In this document: in pieces, positions 10,515 through 18,483 of the stretch
Position numbering within the stretch: position 1 is the first letter of the stretch
How the letters are laid out: every line of letters starts with the position of its first letter
Assembly: GCA_043800755.1 (NCBI GenBank)
Contig: JAZDMQ010000009.1
Location: forward strand, 1-23,189
DNA length: 23,189 bases
Source: a bacterium
GTDB taxonomy: Bacteria; Methylomirabilota; Methylomirabilia; CAVQYV01
Direction: 5' to 3'
Program-made: the position numbers and the translations under genes
Notes under the pieces: generated by a model
Told to the model about the DNA's origin: nothing
Database searches by the model: none
The model's input: only the letters and a program-made list of their open reading frames with translations

Positions 10515-10691
10515 TATCGCCTACAGTCCTTTGACTTGTAGGCCAGGAGAAAGACAAGAAGGTCCACACCACAAGAGGGATAAGGGGGAGAGACAGCCTG
10601 CCGCTGGAGAAGGCGGTGCAGGTGAGGTTGGCGTGAGGTTGGCCCCCAGACGACCGAGATCTGGTTCCAATTACAGGATCAGGAGGAGGAA

Positions 10692-12011
10692 ATGTTAAAT
10701 AGCCGCCTGCAGGAATTAGAAGAGCAGGGAATGCCCATCCGGGTGGGAATTGTGGGAGCCGGCAGGATGGGAACGGGCGTGGCCTGTCAGATTTCTCGGA
10801 TGAAGGGGATGCGGGCGGTCATTTTGGCTGATATCCAATTGGAAAATGCGGCCGCTGCCTTTCGATCCAACGGGCTGAAGGCGAAAGACATCGTGACGAC
10901 CGATGACCTCGAGCGGGCGCGGCTGGCGATTTTGGAGGGCAAAGTCGTTGCCACCCGGGAGAAGCGGCTTGTCCCCAAAGTTCCTATCGACGTCATTGTA
11001 GAGGCTACCGGTGTGCCCGAGGTGGGTGCCATGGTGGCCCTGGAAGGCATTCAGAACCGGAAACATATGGTAATGCTGAATGTGGAGACGGATGTGGTCA
11101 TTGGACCCCTGCTCAAGCGCATGGCAGACGCCAGCGATGTGGTCTATACCCTGACCATAGGGGATGAACCAGGGGCTATTGCCGAGCTTTACGATTTCGT
11201 GGTCTCTTTGGGGATGAAGGTGGTCTGTGCCGGGAAAAGCCCGTTCAAGCCTATCAAACGACAGGAGACCCCCCAGACTTTGAAGAAGGAGGCGGAGCGC
11301 CTGGGGCTCAATCCTAAGATGCTTTGCTCCTTCCGCGATGGGTCCAAGACCGACATCGAAATGGCGGCCGTGGCCAATGGGACCGGGCTGGTGCCCGACA
11401 TCCCAGGGATGCATGGCCCCCGGGCCACGATCTCTGATCTGCCCAAGGTCTTTAGCCTCAAGAGACAGGGAGGCATCCTCGGTCGCCAGGGGGTGGTCGA
11501 TTTTGCCACCTCCTTCTTGAACAAGGAGGGAGAGACCGATCGCGGGAAAAGCGTTGCCCCGGGAGTCTTCGTGGTGTTTACCACCGATCACGCCCAGATC
11601 AGAAAGGATCTGGAGTGGCTGTTGATGGGCCCGGGCCCCAACTATTGTCTCTACCGACCCTACCACTTGGTGGGCATCGAGACGCCGATCTCCATTGCCC
11701 GGGCGGCCATTTACGGTGAGGCCAGCCTCGCCCCGAGCGGGGGATTGGTGGCGGAGGTGGCTACCGTTGCCAAGAAGGACTTGAAAGCGGGAGAGCCCCT
11801 GGATGGAATTGGGGGATTTACCGTCCACGGGATGATCTATCGGGCGGAGGTAGCGCGACAGGAAAACCTGTTGCCCCTCGGCCTGACCTACGGAGCCCGC
11901 CTCAAGCGAGCGATCAAGAAGGGGCAGCCAATTCGTTACGATGAGGTTGAACTGGAGGAACGCTCCCTCCTTCTGCAGCTGCGGAGGATTCAGGATGCCC
12001 TCTTCCAGTAA
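10692..12011 (+). CDS. NAD(P)-dependent oxidoreductase with C-terminal SAF domain (homoserine-dehydrogenase-like, COG4091-type)
   Basis: GIVGAGRMG Rossmann motif, VEATG, GDEPG, DGSKT, LYRPYHL, and SAF domain AKKDLKAGEPLDGIGG; AGGAGG RBS. Confidence 0.85.
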   Translation: MLNSRLQELEEQGMPIRVGIVGAGRMGTGVACQISRMKGMRAVILADIQLENAAAAFRSNGLKAKDIVTTDDLERARLAILEGKVVATREKRLVPKVPIDVIVEATGVPEVGAMVALEGIQNRKHMVMLNVETDVVIGPLLKRMADASDVVYTLTIGDEPGAIAELYDFVVSLGMKVVCAGKSPFKPIKRQETPQTLKKEAERLGLNPKMLCSFRDGSKTDIEMAAVANGTGLVPDIPGMHGPRATISDLPKVFSLKRQGGILGRQGVVDFATSFLNKEGETDRGKSVAPGVFVVFTTDHAQIRKDLEWLLMGPGPNYCLYRPYHLVGIETPISIARAAIYGEASLAPSGGLVAEVATVAKKDLKAGEPLDGIGGFTVHGMIYRAEVARQENLLPLGLTYGARLKRAIKKGQPIRYDEVELEERSLLLQLRRIQDALFQ

Positions 12012-12076
12012 AATGGCAGCTTGGCGCCAGAGGCGTGGGCGTGCTTGTAGGGCCCAGTAATGGAAAGGATGGGAAG

Positions 12077-13108
12077 ATGAAAGCAGTCGTCAAGACGAAG
12101 AAGGGGGAGGGCCATATCGAATTCATGGATTGGCCAGAGCCCCACCCCAATCCTGGCCAGGTGAAGATTCGGGTGAGGGGGGCAGGGGTCTGTGGCTCGG
12201 ATGTCCATGTCTACCACGAGAACATCAGCATTCCGATGAATCTGCCCGTCATTATTGGTCATGAGCTCTGTGGCGAGGTTGCCGAAGTGGGCGAGGGGGT
12301 TAAGAACTACCAGGTGGGAGACCGGGTGACCTCGGAGACCACTTACTATAAGTGTGGGCGCTGCCCCTTTTGCCAGATCGGGTGGTACAACATGTGCCCT
12401 GAGCGTCTGATCATGGGATTTCGGGCCCACGGCGCGTACGCCGAGTACTGTGTGGTGCCGGAGATCGCCCTCCATCGACTTCCGGAAACAGTCGATTTCA
12501 TATCAGGCGCCCTCTGCGAACCCCTGGCGGTCTGCACCCATGCCACTTATGAGCTGACCAGGGTCTATCCGGGGGACTGGGTCTACATCAGTGGGCCTGG
12601 ACCGATCGGCCTCCTTTGCATGCAGTTGGCCAAGGCCGCGGGCGCGAATGTGGTGGTGGGAGGGGCGGCGGTGGATGACGATCGCCTCAAGATTGCCGAA
12701 TCCCTGGGGGCGAATCGCACCCTGCGCGTGGACCGCGAGGATCCAGTGGCCATCCTCAAGGACCTCACTCACGGGATGGGGGCCGATATGGTCATTGAGT
12801 GTGCAGGGGTTCCGGCAGCGACTGCGCAGGGCCTGGAGGTGGTGCGGAAGCGGGGAAAATTCACCCAGATTGGTCTCTTCGGAAGGCCGATCGAGCTTGA
12901 CTTTGAAAAGATCTGCTTCAAGGAGATCCAGGTCACCGGTTCCTTTGGCTCCAAGTGGACCACCTGGGAAAAGGCCATCCAGATGCTGGCAGAGGGGAAG
13001 GTCCAAACCAAACCCTTAATTTCCAGTACTCGCCCTCTGGAGCAATGGAAGGAATCGATCCTAGGTATGGAGGCCAAGACCGAGATGAAGGTGGTCCTGG
13101 TTCCCTGA
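12077..13108 (+). CDS. Zn-dependent medium-chain dehydrogenase (sorbitol/threonine dehydrogenase-like)
   Basis: GVCGSD, GHE, structural Zn motif CGRCPFCQIGWYNMC, GPGPIGL; family-typical start MKAVVK at 12077 (track start 12035). Confidence 0.9.
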   Translation: MKAVVKTKKGEGHIEFMDWPEPHPNPGQVKIRVRGAGVCGSDVHVYHENISIPMNLPVIIGHELCGEVAEVGEGVKNYQVGDRVTSETTYYKCGRCPFCQIGWYNMCPERLIMGFRAHGAYAEYCVVPEIALHRLPETVDFISGALCEPLAVCTHATYELTRVYPGDWVYISGPGPIGLLCMQLAKAAGANVVVGGAAVDDDRLKIAESLGANRTLRVDREDPVAILKDLTHGMGADMVIECAGVPAATAQGLEVVRKRGKFTQIGLFGRPIELDFEKICFKEIQVTGSFGSKWTTWEKAIQMLAEGKVQTKPLISSTRPLEQWKESILGMEAKTEMKVVLVP

Positions 13109-13109
13109 C

Positions 13110-13209
13110 CGGAGCGTGCCCCGCCCTGTGGGCGAGGTTAAGGGGCACAACACAAATTGATATGTACTTCATTTGCGGGAAGCCCCACCCTGTGGACGGG
13201 GAGCTTCAC
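13110..13209 (+). mobile_element. Putative non-autonomous IS200/IS605-derived palindromic mini-element (100 bp)
   Basis: Two related imperfect palindromes GCCCCGCCCTGTGGGCGAGG and GCCCCACCCTGTGGACGGGG; end GAAGCCCC...GGGGAGCTTCAC resembles IS605/IS1341-group right ends; preceded by CTGAC; AT-rich spacer; no coding capacity. Confidence 0.6.
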
Positions 13210-13244
13210 TTTCCCCCCAACCCCTTCTCATTGAGTCCGTTATC

Positions 13245-14189
13245 ATGTTTACCAATATCCTGGAAACGATAGGTCATAGCCCTCTGGTGAGAATCAACCG
13301 CATGAACCCCAACCCGGCGGTGACGCTCGCGGTCAAACTCGAAGGGGGAAACCCCGGGGGGAGCGTGAAGGACCGCGTGGCGATGGCCATGGTTGAAGGA
13401 GCCGAGAGGCGGGGCGAGCTTACGCGGGATAGGATCATCTTGGAGCCCACCAGCGGCAACACCGGCATCGGAATCGCCATGGTGGGAGCGGTCAAGGGGT
13501 ATCGGGTCCTGGTGATCCTTCCTGAGAACATGAGCATGGAGCGCCGGCGCATCCTCCGGGCCTATGGTGCCGATTTCATCCTCACTCCGGCGGCGAAAGG
13601 GACGGATGGGGCGATTGAGCGGGCCTGGGAGCTCTATCGGTCCAACCCCGAACGCTATTACTTTCCCAACCAATTTGCCAACCCCGACAACGCCCGCGCC
13701 CACTATGAGGGTACCGCAGCCGAGTTGTGGCAGGATACCGAGGGCAAGGTGGATCTCTTCGTGGGGGGCATCGGCACCACCGGTACCCTCATGGGGGTTT
13801 CGAAGAGGCTCCGGGAATTGAAGCCCGGAATCAAGATCGTGGGCGTAGAACCTCTTCCCGGACATAAGATCCAGGGGCTCAAGAATCTGAGCGAATCCCG
13901 GGTCCCCGAGATCTTCGATCCGGCTCAGTTGGACGAGGTGATTCGAATCGAAGACGATCTGGCCTTTGACACCGCCATTAGGCTGGCGCGGGAGGAAGGC
14001 ATCTTCGCCGGAATTAGCTCGGGGGCAGTGATGGCCGGGGCACTGGAGGTGATCCGCCGAGCCTCCCAGGGACTGGTGGTGGCCCTGCTGCCGGATCGGG
14101 GGGAGAAATACCTCTCTTCCGAGCAATTCTGCAGGCATTGTGAAATGCCGTGTCGCCTCCCATCGGAGAGGGGAAAACAGGGGGACTGA
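13245..14189 (+). CDS. PLP-dependent cysteine synthase (CysK/CysM family, CysM-like)
   Basis: KLEGGNPGGSVKDR (PLP Lys), EPTSGNTG, NQFANPDN, GIGTTGT, GISSGA, PDRGEKYLS; start MFTNILETIG at 13245 (the track's 13173 start lies inside the repeat element). Confidence 0.9.
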   Translation: MFTNILETIGHSPLVRINRMNPNPAVTLAVKLEGGNPGGSVKDRVAMAMVEGAERRGELTRDRIILEPTSGNTGIGIAMVGAVKGYRVLVILPENMSMERRRILRAYGADFILTPAAKGTDGAIERAWELYRSNPERYYFPNQFANPDNARAHYEGTAAELWQDTEGKVDLFVGGIGTTGTLMGVSKRLRELKPGIKIVGVEPLPGHKIQGLKNLSESRVPEIFDPAQLDEVIRIEDDLAFDTAIRLAREEGIFAGISSGAVMAGALEVIRRASQGLVVALLPDRGEKYLSSEQFCRHCEMPCRLPSERGKQGD

Positions 14190-14289
14190 GGGAATTTGTG
14201 TATGGGCTTAAGTAGGGGTGATTCCGGGTGGCGGTCTGCCCGACCCCTCGTGCCCAAGGGCGTTTGAGCAAGAGATCGTACACTCCCTT
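14188..14289 (+). ncRNA. Candidate structured cis-regulatory RNA (unassigned) upstream of a terminator
   Basis: Nested helices found by eye: GAGGGA/TCCCTT, GTGTATG/CGTACAC, GCTTAAG/TTTGAGC, AGGGGT/ACCCCT, CGGGTGG/CTGCCCG, GCC-CAAG-GGC; non-Watson-Crick pairs are G-U on this strand. Confidence 0.35.
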
Positions 14290-14329
14290 CGAAGCTCCTC
14301 CCACTTTTTGGAGGGAGCTTCGCTTTTTT
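14290..14329 (+). terminator. Rho-independent terminator between cysteine synthase and NUDIX genes
   Basis: CGAAGCTCC-TCC...GGA-G-GGAGCTTCG stem followed by C and T6. Confidence 0.8.
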
Positions 14330-14380
14330 GCAGGGGATTGGAGAGGAAGGAGAGCGAGATCGGCCGAGGTGGAATAGGAG

Positions 14381-14911
14381 ATGCCGCGCAGAGCCATGTC
14401 CTCAGAGACCCTGGAGATTGTGGATGAAAAGGGGAAGGTGATTGGCAAGGCCTCCCGCCGGGCCTGCCATCGGAATCCCGCGCTGCTCCACCGGGTGGTC
14501 CATGTCCTGGTGGTGAATCAGGAAGGGCAGGTCCTGCTGCAAAAGCGCTCCTCCCATAAGGATATCCAACCGGACAAATGGGATATCTCGGTGGGCGGCC
14601 ATCTGCATCCCGGCGAGAATTACGAGGCAGCGGCAGCAAGGGAGATGCAAGAGGAGCTGGGGATTAAAGGAAGACCCCTCCTTCGGCTTTATGATTACCT
14701 CTGGCGGACGGCCATTGAGTCTGAGCAGGTTCGGACCTACCTCTGCCACTGTAGCGGCCCGTTTCATCCTGACGCTGAGGAGATCTCGGCACTTGCCTTT
14801 TGGCCGATAGACGGGATTCAGCAGCATCTGGGGGACGGTACCTTTACCCCCAACTTCGAGGAGGAATTCGCTCGATATCTCGAATGGAAAGGACGGAAAA
14901 GAGATGCCTAA
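14381..14911 (+). CDS. NUDIX hydrolase (YfcD/IDI-like)
   Basis: LEIVDEKGKVIG, LLHRVVHVLV, LLQKRS..KD..P..WD, Nudix box GGHLHPGENYEAAAAREMQEELGI. Start could be 14381 or 14396. Confidence 0.9.
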   Translation: MPRRAMSSETLEIVDEKGKVIGKASRRACHRNPALLHRVVHVLVVNQEGQVLLQKRSSHKDIQPDKWDISVGGHLHPGENYEAAAAREMQEELGIKGRPLLRLYDYLWRTAIESEQVRTYLCHCSGPFHPDAEEISALAFWPIDGIQQHLGDGTFTPNFEEEFARYLEWKGRKRDA

Positions 14912-15881
14912 GATCTTGATCACCTCTCGCCTTTTTGGATGTACTACCCCGGAGGCCTTCGATCTGCTCAGGAAGGAGGGGATGGAGTACAAGGTGGAAC
15001 AGGACCATTCAGGGGATTGGAGTGAGGGGGAGATCATTGCCGCCCTGCAAGGCTATGGGGGAATGATCCTGGGTGCGGATGAGCCAATGACTCGAAAAGT
15101 CCTCTTCGCCCTGCCAGACCTCAAGGTTCTCTCCCGACACGGGGTGGGTTTCAACAATGTCGATGTGAAGTCAGCGACCGAGCGGGGCATCGTGGTGGCA
15201 ATCACCGCCGGTGCCAACGACAACTCCGTGGCAGATCTCGCCATGGGGCTGATCATCAGTGCAGCCCGTCACATCCCCTATTTTGACCGCTTCATCCGTC
15301 GGGGGGAATTCTGGAAACGAACGCCGGGAAGTGATGTCTCCGGCACGACATTGGGCCTGATCGGGATGGGGCGCATTGGAAAATCTCTGGTGCGGCGGGC
15401 CTTGGGATTCGATATGAAGATCCTCGCCTTTGACCTGGTGAAGGATGAGGAGTTCGCGGCTCGTTATGGCATCGAGTACCTCGCATTGGAGCAGGTCCTC
15501 TCCCGTTCCGATTTCGTCAGCATCCATCTTCCCTCCTCGGCCCAGACCGCCAAGTTCATCGGGGAGAGGGAGTTGAAGATGATGAAGGCCTCCGCCTATC
15601 TCATTAATACCTCCCGAGGGAATGTAGTCGACGAGGCCGCCGTGATTCGCGCGTTACAGGAGAGGTGGATCGCGGGGGCCGGCTTGGATGTCCTGGAGAA
15701 AGAGCCGCCGGATAAGGACAATCCCCTCTTTGCCTTGGAAAACGTGGTGCTGACGCCTCATATTGGAGGCGCGAGCCTGGCGGCGATGCGAGCCATGAGC
15801 TTGGATTCGGCCAGGAACGCCATCCGGGTATTGCGCGGGGAAGCACCTTCTGCGATGGTCAATCCAGAGGTCTGGAAGTGA
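14904..15881 (+). CDS. D-2-hydroxyacid dehydrogenase (phosphoglycerate-dehydrogenase-like, no ACT domain)
   Basis: RHGVGFNNVD, GLIGMGRIG, INTSRG, LDVLEKEP, TPHIGG; start overlaps the NUDIX 3' end by 8 nt. Confidence 0.9.
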   Translation: MPKILITSRLFGCTTPEAFDLLRKEGMEYKVEQDHSGDWSEGEIIAALQGYGGMILGADEPMTRKVLFALPDLKVLSRHGVGFNNVDVKSATERGIVVAITAGANDNSVADLAMGLIISAARHIPYFDRFIRRGEFWKRTPGSDVSGTTLGLIGMGRIGKSLVRRALGFDMKILAFDLVKDEEFAARYGIEYLALEQVLSRSDFVSIHLPSSAQTAKFIGERELKMMKASAYLINTSRGNVVDEAAVIRALQERWIAGAGLDVLEKEPPDKDNPLFALENVVLTPHIGGASLAAMRAMSLDSARNAIRVLRGEAPSAMVNPEVWK

Positions 15882-16428
15882 GGGTCTTTCCCAAGGCGAG
15901 ACTGCTCCTGCTGCTGTTGCTGATAGGGGGGCTTCTCTATTGGCAGCATCCGCGACTTCTGTAGGGTCTGGGCCGATTCCTGGTGAAAGAGGATCGGCCC
16001 CAGAGGGCTATGAGCTATTGCGGAAGAAGGGGATTTCCTTACCCGAATCCCGCGATCTATCCCGCGAAATCCTCCTCCGTTCCGGAATTCCCAGAGCGGC
16101 CATCCTAACGGACGAGCGGGAAGCCACCAGCACCTATGATGAGGCCTGCATCCTGAGAGATTTCATAGCGAGTCATCCCCTTTCCCATCTCATCCTGGTG
16201 ACCTCCAAATCCCATTCCCGGCGGGCCTACCTCACCTTCCGTTCCCTCTTGGACTCCCCCCAGCTCAAGATTTGGAGCTTACCCACGCCCTACGATGGGT
16301 TCGATCCTCGCCAGTGGTGGAAGCAGGAGAAGTCCCAGGAGAGGGTCTTACTGGAATATCAGAAGATCCTGATTTCGCTTCTGCGGGGGAGGATCCGCGC
16401 CTCTTTGCTGCTGAAGAGGGATGGATAG
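15878..16428 (+). pseudogene. Disrupted YdcF/ElyC/SanA (DUF218) family membrane-anchored protein
   Basis: GTG at 15878 (GTGA overlap) gives a TM segment, an in-frame TAG at 15962-15964, then GLGRFLVKEDRPQ. The C-terminal part (ATSTYDEA, LILVTSKSHSRRA, WW, VLLEYQK) is in another frame, and the family-typical ADAIVVLGG segment is absent. Confidence 0.7.
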
Positions 16429-16457
16429 AGAGAAGAAGCGTAAGGGGCATGCGAAGG

Positions 16458-16496
16458 AGGGAAGAGGGCGGGAGAGGGAGCCGACCAGTCTTCCCT
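16458..16496. terminator. Possible hairpin between convergent genes
   Basis: Inverted repeat AGGGAAGA (16458-16465) / TCTTCCCT (16489-16496); no strong U tract. Confidence 0.3.
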
Positions 16497-17531
16497 TTAC
16501 CCGAAGAAGACCCTGGCGATGTCATAGATGTTCATGTCCAAAGACTTGATACCTGTAGTCGCCTCTGCCAAGTCCACGGACTCAATCCGGTTTCCCCTCA
16601 GGCTGACCATCTTTCCGAATTCCCCCTGTAGGACCAGATCCACTGCGGCGATACCAAAGCGGGTAGCGAGCACGCGGTCAAAGGGGGTAGGGGAGCCCCC
16701 CCGCTGGACGTGACCCAGGACCGTCACCCGAGACTCCATCCCGGTGCGCTTCTCAATCTCCTGTCCCACGATGTTGGCAATGCCGCCCAAGCGCACATGG
16801 CCGAAGGGATCCACCTGATTGCTGCAGGTGACCAGATCCTCGCACTCCAAAGGTTTGGCCCCCTCTGCGACGACCACAATGCTGAAATCCTTTCCCCGGG
16901 CTTGGCGCTTGCGCAGGGAGCGACATACCTCCTCGATGCTGAAGGGGACCTCGGGAACCAGAATACAATCAGCCCCTCCGGCAATGCCGGCAACGGTGGC
17001 AATCCATCCGGTATGGCGCCCCATGACCTCCACCACCATCACCCGGTGATGCGATTCCGCGGTAGAATGGAGTCGGTCGATGGCTTCGGTCGCAATCCCC
17101 ACCGCGGTGTCAAAGCCAAAGGTGTAATCGGTGCCCGGCAGATCATTGTCGATCGTCTTGGGAATCCCTACCAGTCGCACCCCCATCTGGCTGAACTTGT
17201 GTGCGACCCCCAGGGTATCCTCTCCCCCGACCACGATCAGAGCCTCGATCCGAAAACGCTTTAAATTATCCAAAACCCTGTGGGATCCGTCCGAATTGCC
17301 GAGAGGGTTGGTGCGCGAGGTCCTGAGGATTGTTCCTCCCTTGGGGAGAATCCCCGAGACGGATTCCAGGGTAAGCTCCTCAATATCACCGGTGAGTAGG
17401 CCCTGCCATCCGTGCTTGATGCCAGCCACGCTCAACTTGTGTTGCCCAATTCCCTTCCTTACCACCGCCCGGATGACGGCATTCAATCCCGGACAGTCTC
17501 CCCCACCCGTTAAGATCCCGATGCGTTTCAT
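16497..17531 (-). CDS. pfkA: 6-phosphofructokinase, PfkA family (group III-like, probably PPi-dependent)
   Basis: TGGGDCPGLN, GGTIL, GGEDT, PKTIDND, EVMGR, LGHVQRGG. Confidence 0.95.
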   Translation of the reverse strand: MKRIGILTGGGDCPGLNAVIRAVVRKGIGQHKLSVAGIKHGWQGLLTGDIEELTLESVSGILPKGGTILRTSRTNPLGNSDGSHRVLDNLKRFRIEALIVVGGEDTLGVAHKFSQMGVRLVGIPKTIDNDLPGTDYTFGFDTAVGIATEAIDRLHSTAESHHRVMVVEVMGRHTGWIATVAGIAGGADCILVPEVPFSIEEVCRSLRKRQARGKDFSIVVVAEGAKPLECEDLVTCSNQVDPFGHVRLGGIANIVGQEIEKRTGMESRVTVLGHVQRGGSPTPFDRVLATRFGIAAVDLVLQGEFGKMVSLRGNRIESVDLAEATTGIKSLDMNIYDIARVFFG

Positions 17532-17754
17532 CGATCTTTCCTGCTCCTCACCTCAGAGTGAAAATGCACGCCGACCACAATTCCCGCAGCCGGCCTCGGG
17601 GCTGCCAAACGAATGCAGATGCAACCCCAATGGCACATGCCCTATCTCGGTCCTGCTTCATCGGCTGCAGAGCCGGCCCAGACGATCTATTTGTTATCAC
17701 AACCTGCCCCTTTGGGCAAAGGAAAAATGGGCCATTGCCCTTCTTCTTTTCGCC

Positions 17755-17783
17755 TTGACAATTCATCACCCTATTTCTATACT
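17755..17783 (+). promoter_or_regulatory. Sigma70 promoter for moaB
   Basis: TTGACA (17755-17760), 17 nt, TATACT (17778-17783), 26 nt before the ATG. Confidence 0.75.
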
Positions 17784-17809
17784 CACCCTGTTTTTCCTCG
17801 AGTTCGCCT

Positions 17810-18310
17810 ATGGAGACAAATGAGCACGCCCAAAAGAGGAGCATAAAAGCCCGCTGCGCCGTTCTGATCATTAGCGATTCCCGATCCTTCGAGACTGATG
17901 AATCGGGAAAGACGATTCGCAGACTTCTCGAGGAGGGTGGGCATTCGGTCATCCGCTATCAGATCATCAAGAATGATCCCTTGACCTTGCAGGAAGAGAT
18001 TGCCGATTTCCTGAGTTCAGACCTGGACCTGATCATCACCAGCGGGGGGACGGGCATCAGCCGCAGGGATTTTACCATCGAGACCATCCAACCGATGCTG
18101 GAGAAGAGTCTGAACGGATTTGGTGAGCTGTTTCGTTCCGTGAGTTTTCGGGAAATTGGCCCACGGGCCATAATGAGTCGGGCTTTAGGGGGTGTCGCCC
18201 GGGGCAAGGTTCTCTTTGCGCTGCCGGGCTCGACCCATGCTGTCCAAACGGCCTTGAAGGAGCTCATTCTTCCGGAATTGGGCCATTTGTTATGGGAGGC
18301 AAATCGATAG
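17810..18310 (+). CDS. moaB: MoaB/MogA-family molybdopterin adenylyltransferase-like protein
   Basis: ISDSR..ETDESG, TSGGTG..RDFT, GFGELFR, SRALGG, FALPGS. Confidence 0.9.
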   Translation: METNEHAQKRSIKARCAVLIISDSRSFETDESGKTIRRLLEEGGHSVIRYQIIKNDPLTLQEEIADFLSSDLDLIITSGGTGISRRDFTIETIQPMLEKSLNGFGELFRSVSFREIGPRAIMSRALGGVARGKVLFALPGSTHAVQTALKELILPELGHLLWEANR

Positions 18311-18483
18311 GGGAAAAGGAAAATCCCTGATTCTTCCAAAACACCATCTTTTTTCAGGTAATCTCTTCACGCATATGCGGCGTGCTTGAGTTTATCCTCA
18401 AGCTTCCGTTCTCCCAATCGAGAAGCACCTCACTTCTTAATCATATTCAGTAGAGCCAACCCCCAGAGACGAAAGGTATCTCG

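Noticed and set aside
14205..14289. Assignment of the structured RNA to THF, yybP-ykoY, TPP or ykkC-type riboswitches
   Set aside because: Only short fragments resemble these classes and their conserved cores are missing; left unassigned pending an Rfam search.
15962..15964. In-frame TAG as possible pyrrolysine or recoded stop
   Set aside because: TAG ends several normal genes here (atpC, atpG, moaB), and the same gene also has a frameshift/deletion, so decay is the simpler reading.
17683..17705. Rex- or DnaA-like site TTGTTATCACAA upstream of pfkA
   Set aside because: Only a half match to the Rex palindrome and a one-base deletion relative to a DnaA box; not supportable alone.
18311..18483. 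Possible T-box leader upstream of hisS-aspS; hairpins GCTTGAG/CTCAAGC and GAGA..TCTC near the RBS
   Set aside because: No T-box consensus (GGTGGNACC) and no terminator with a U tract before the start; only short hairpins.
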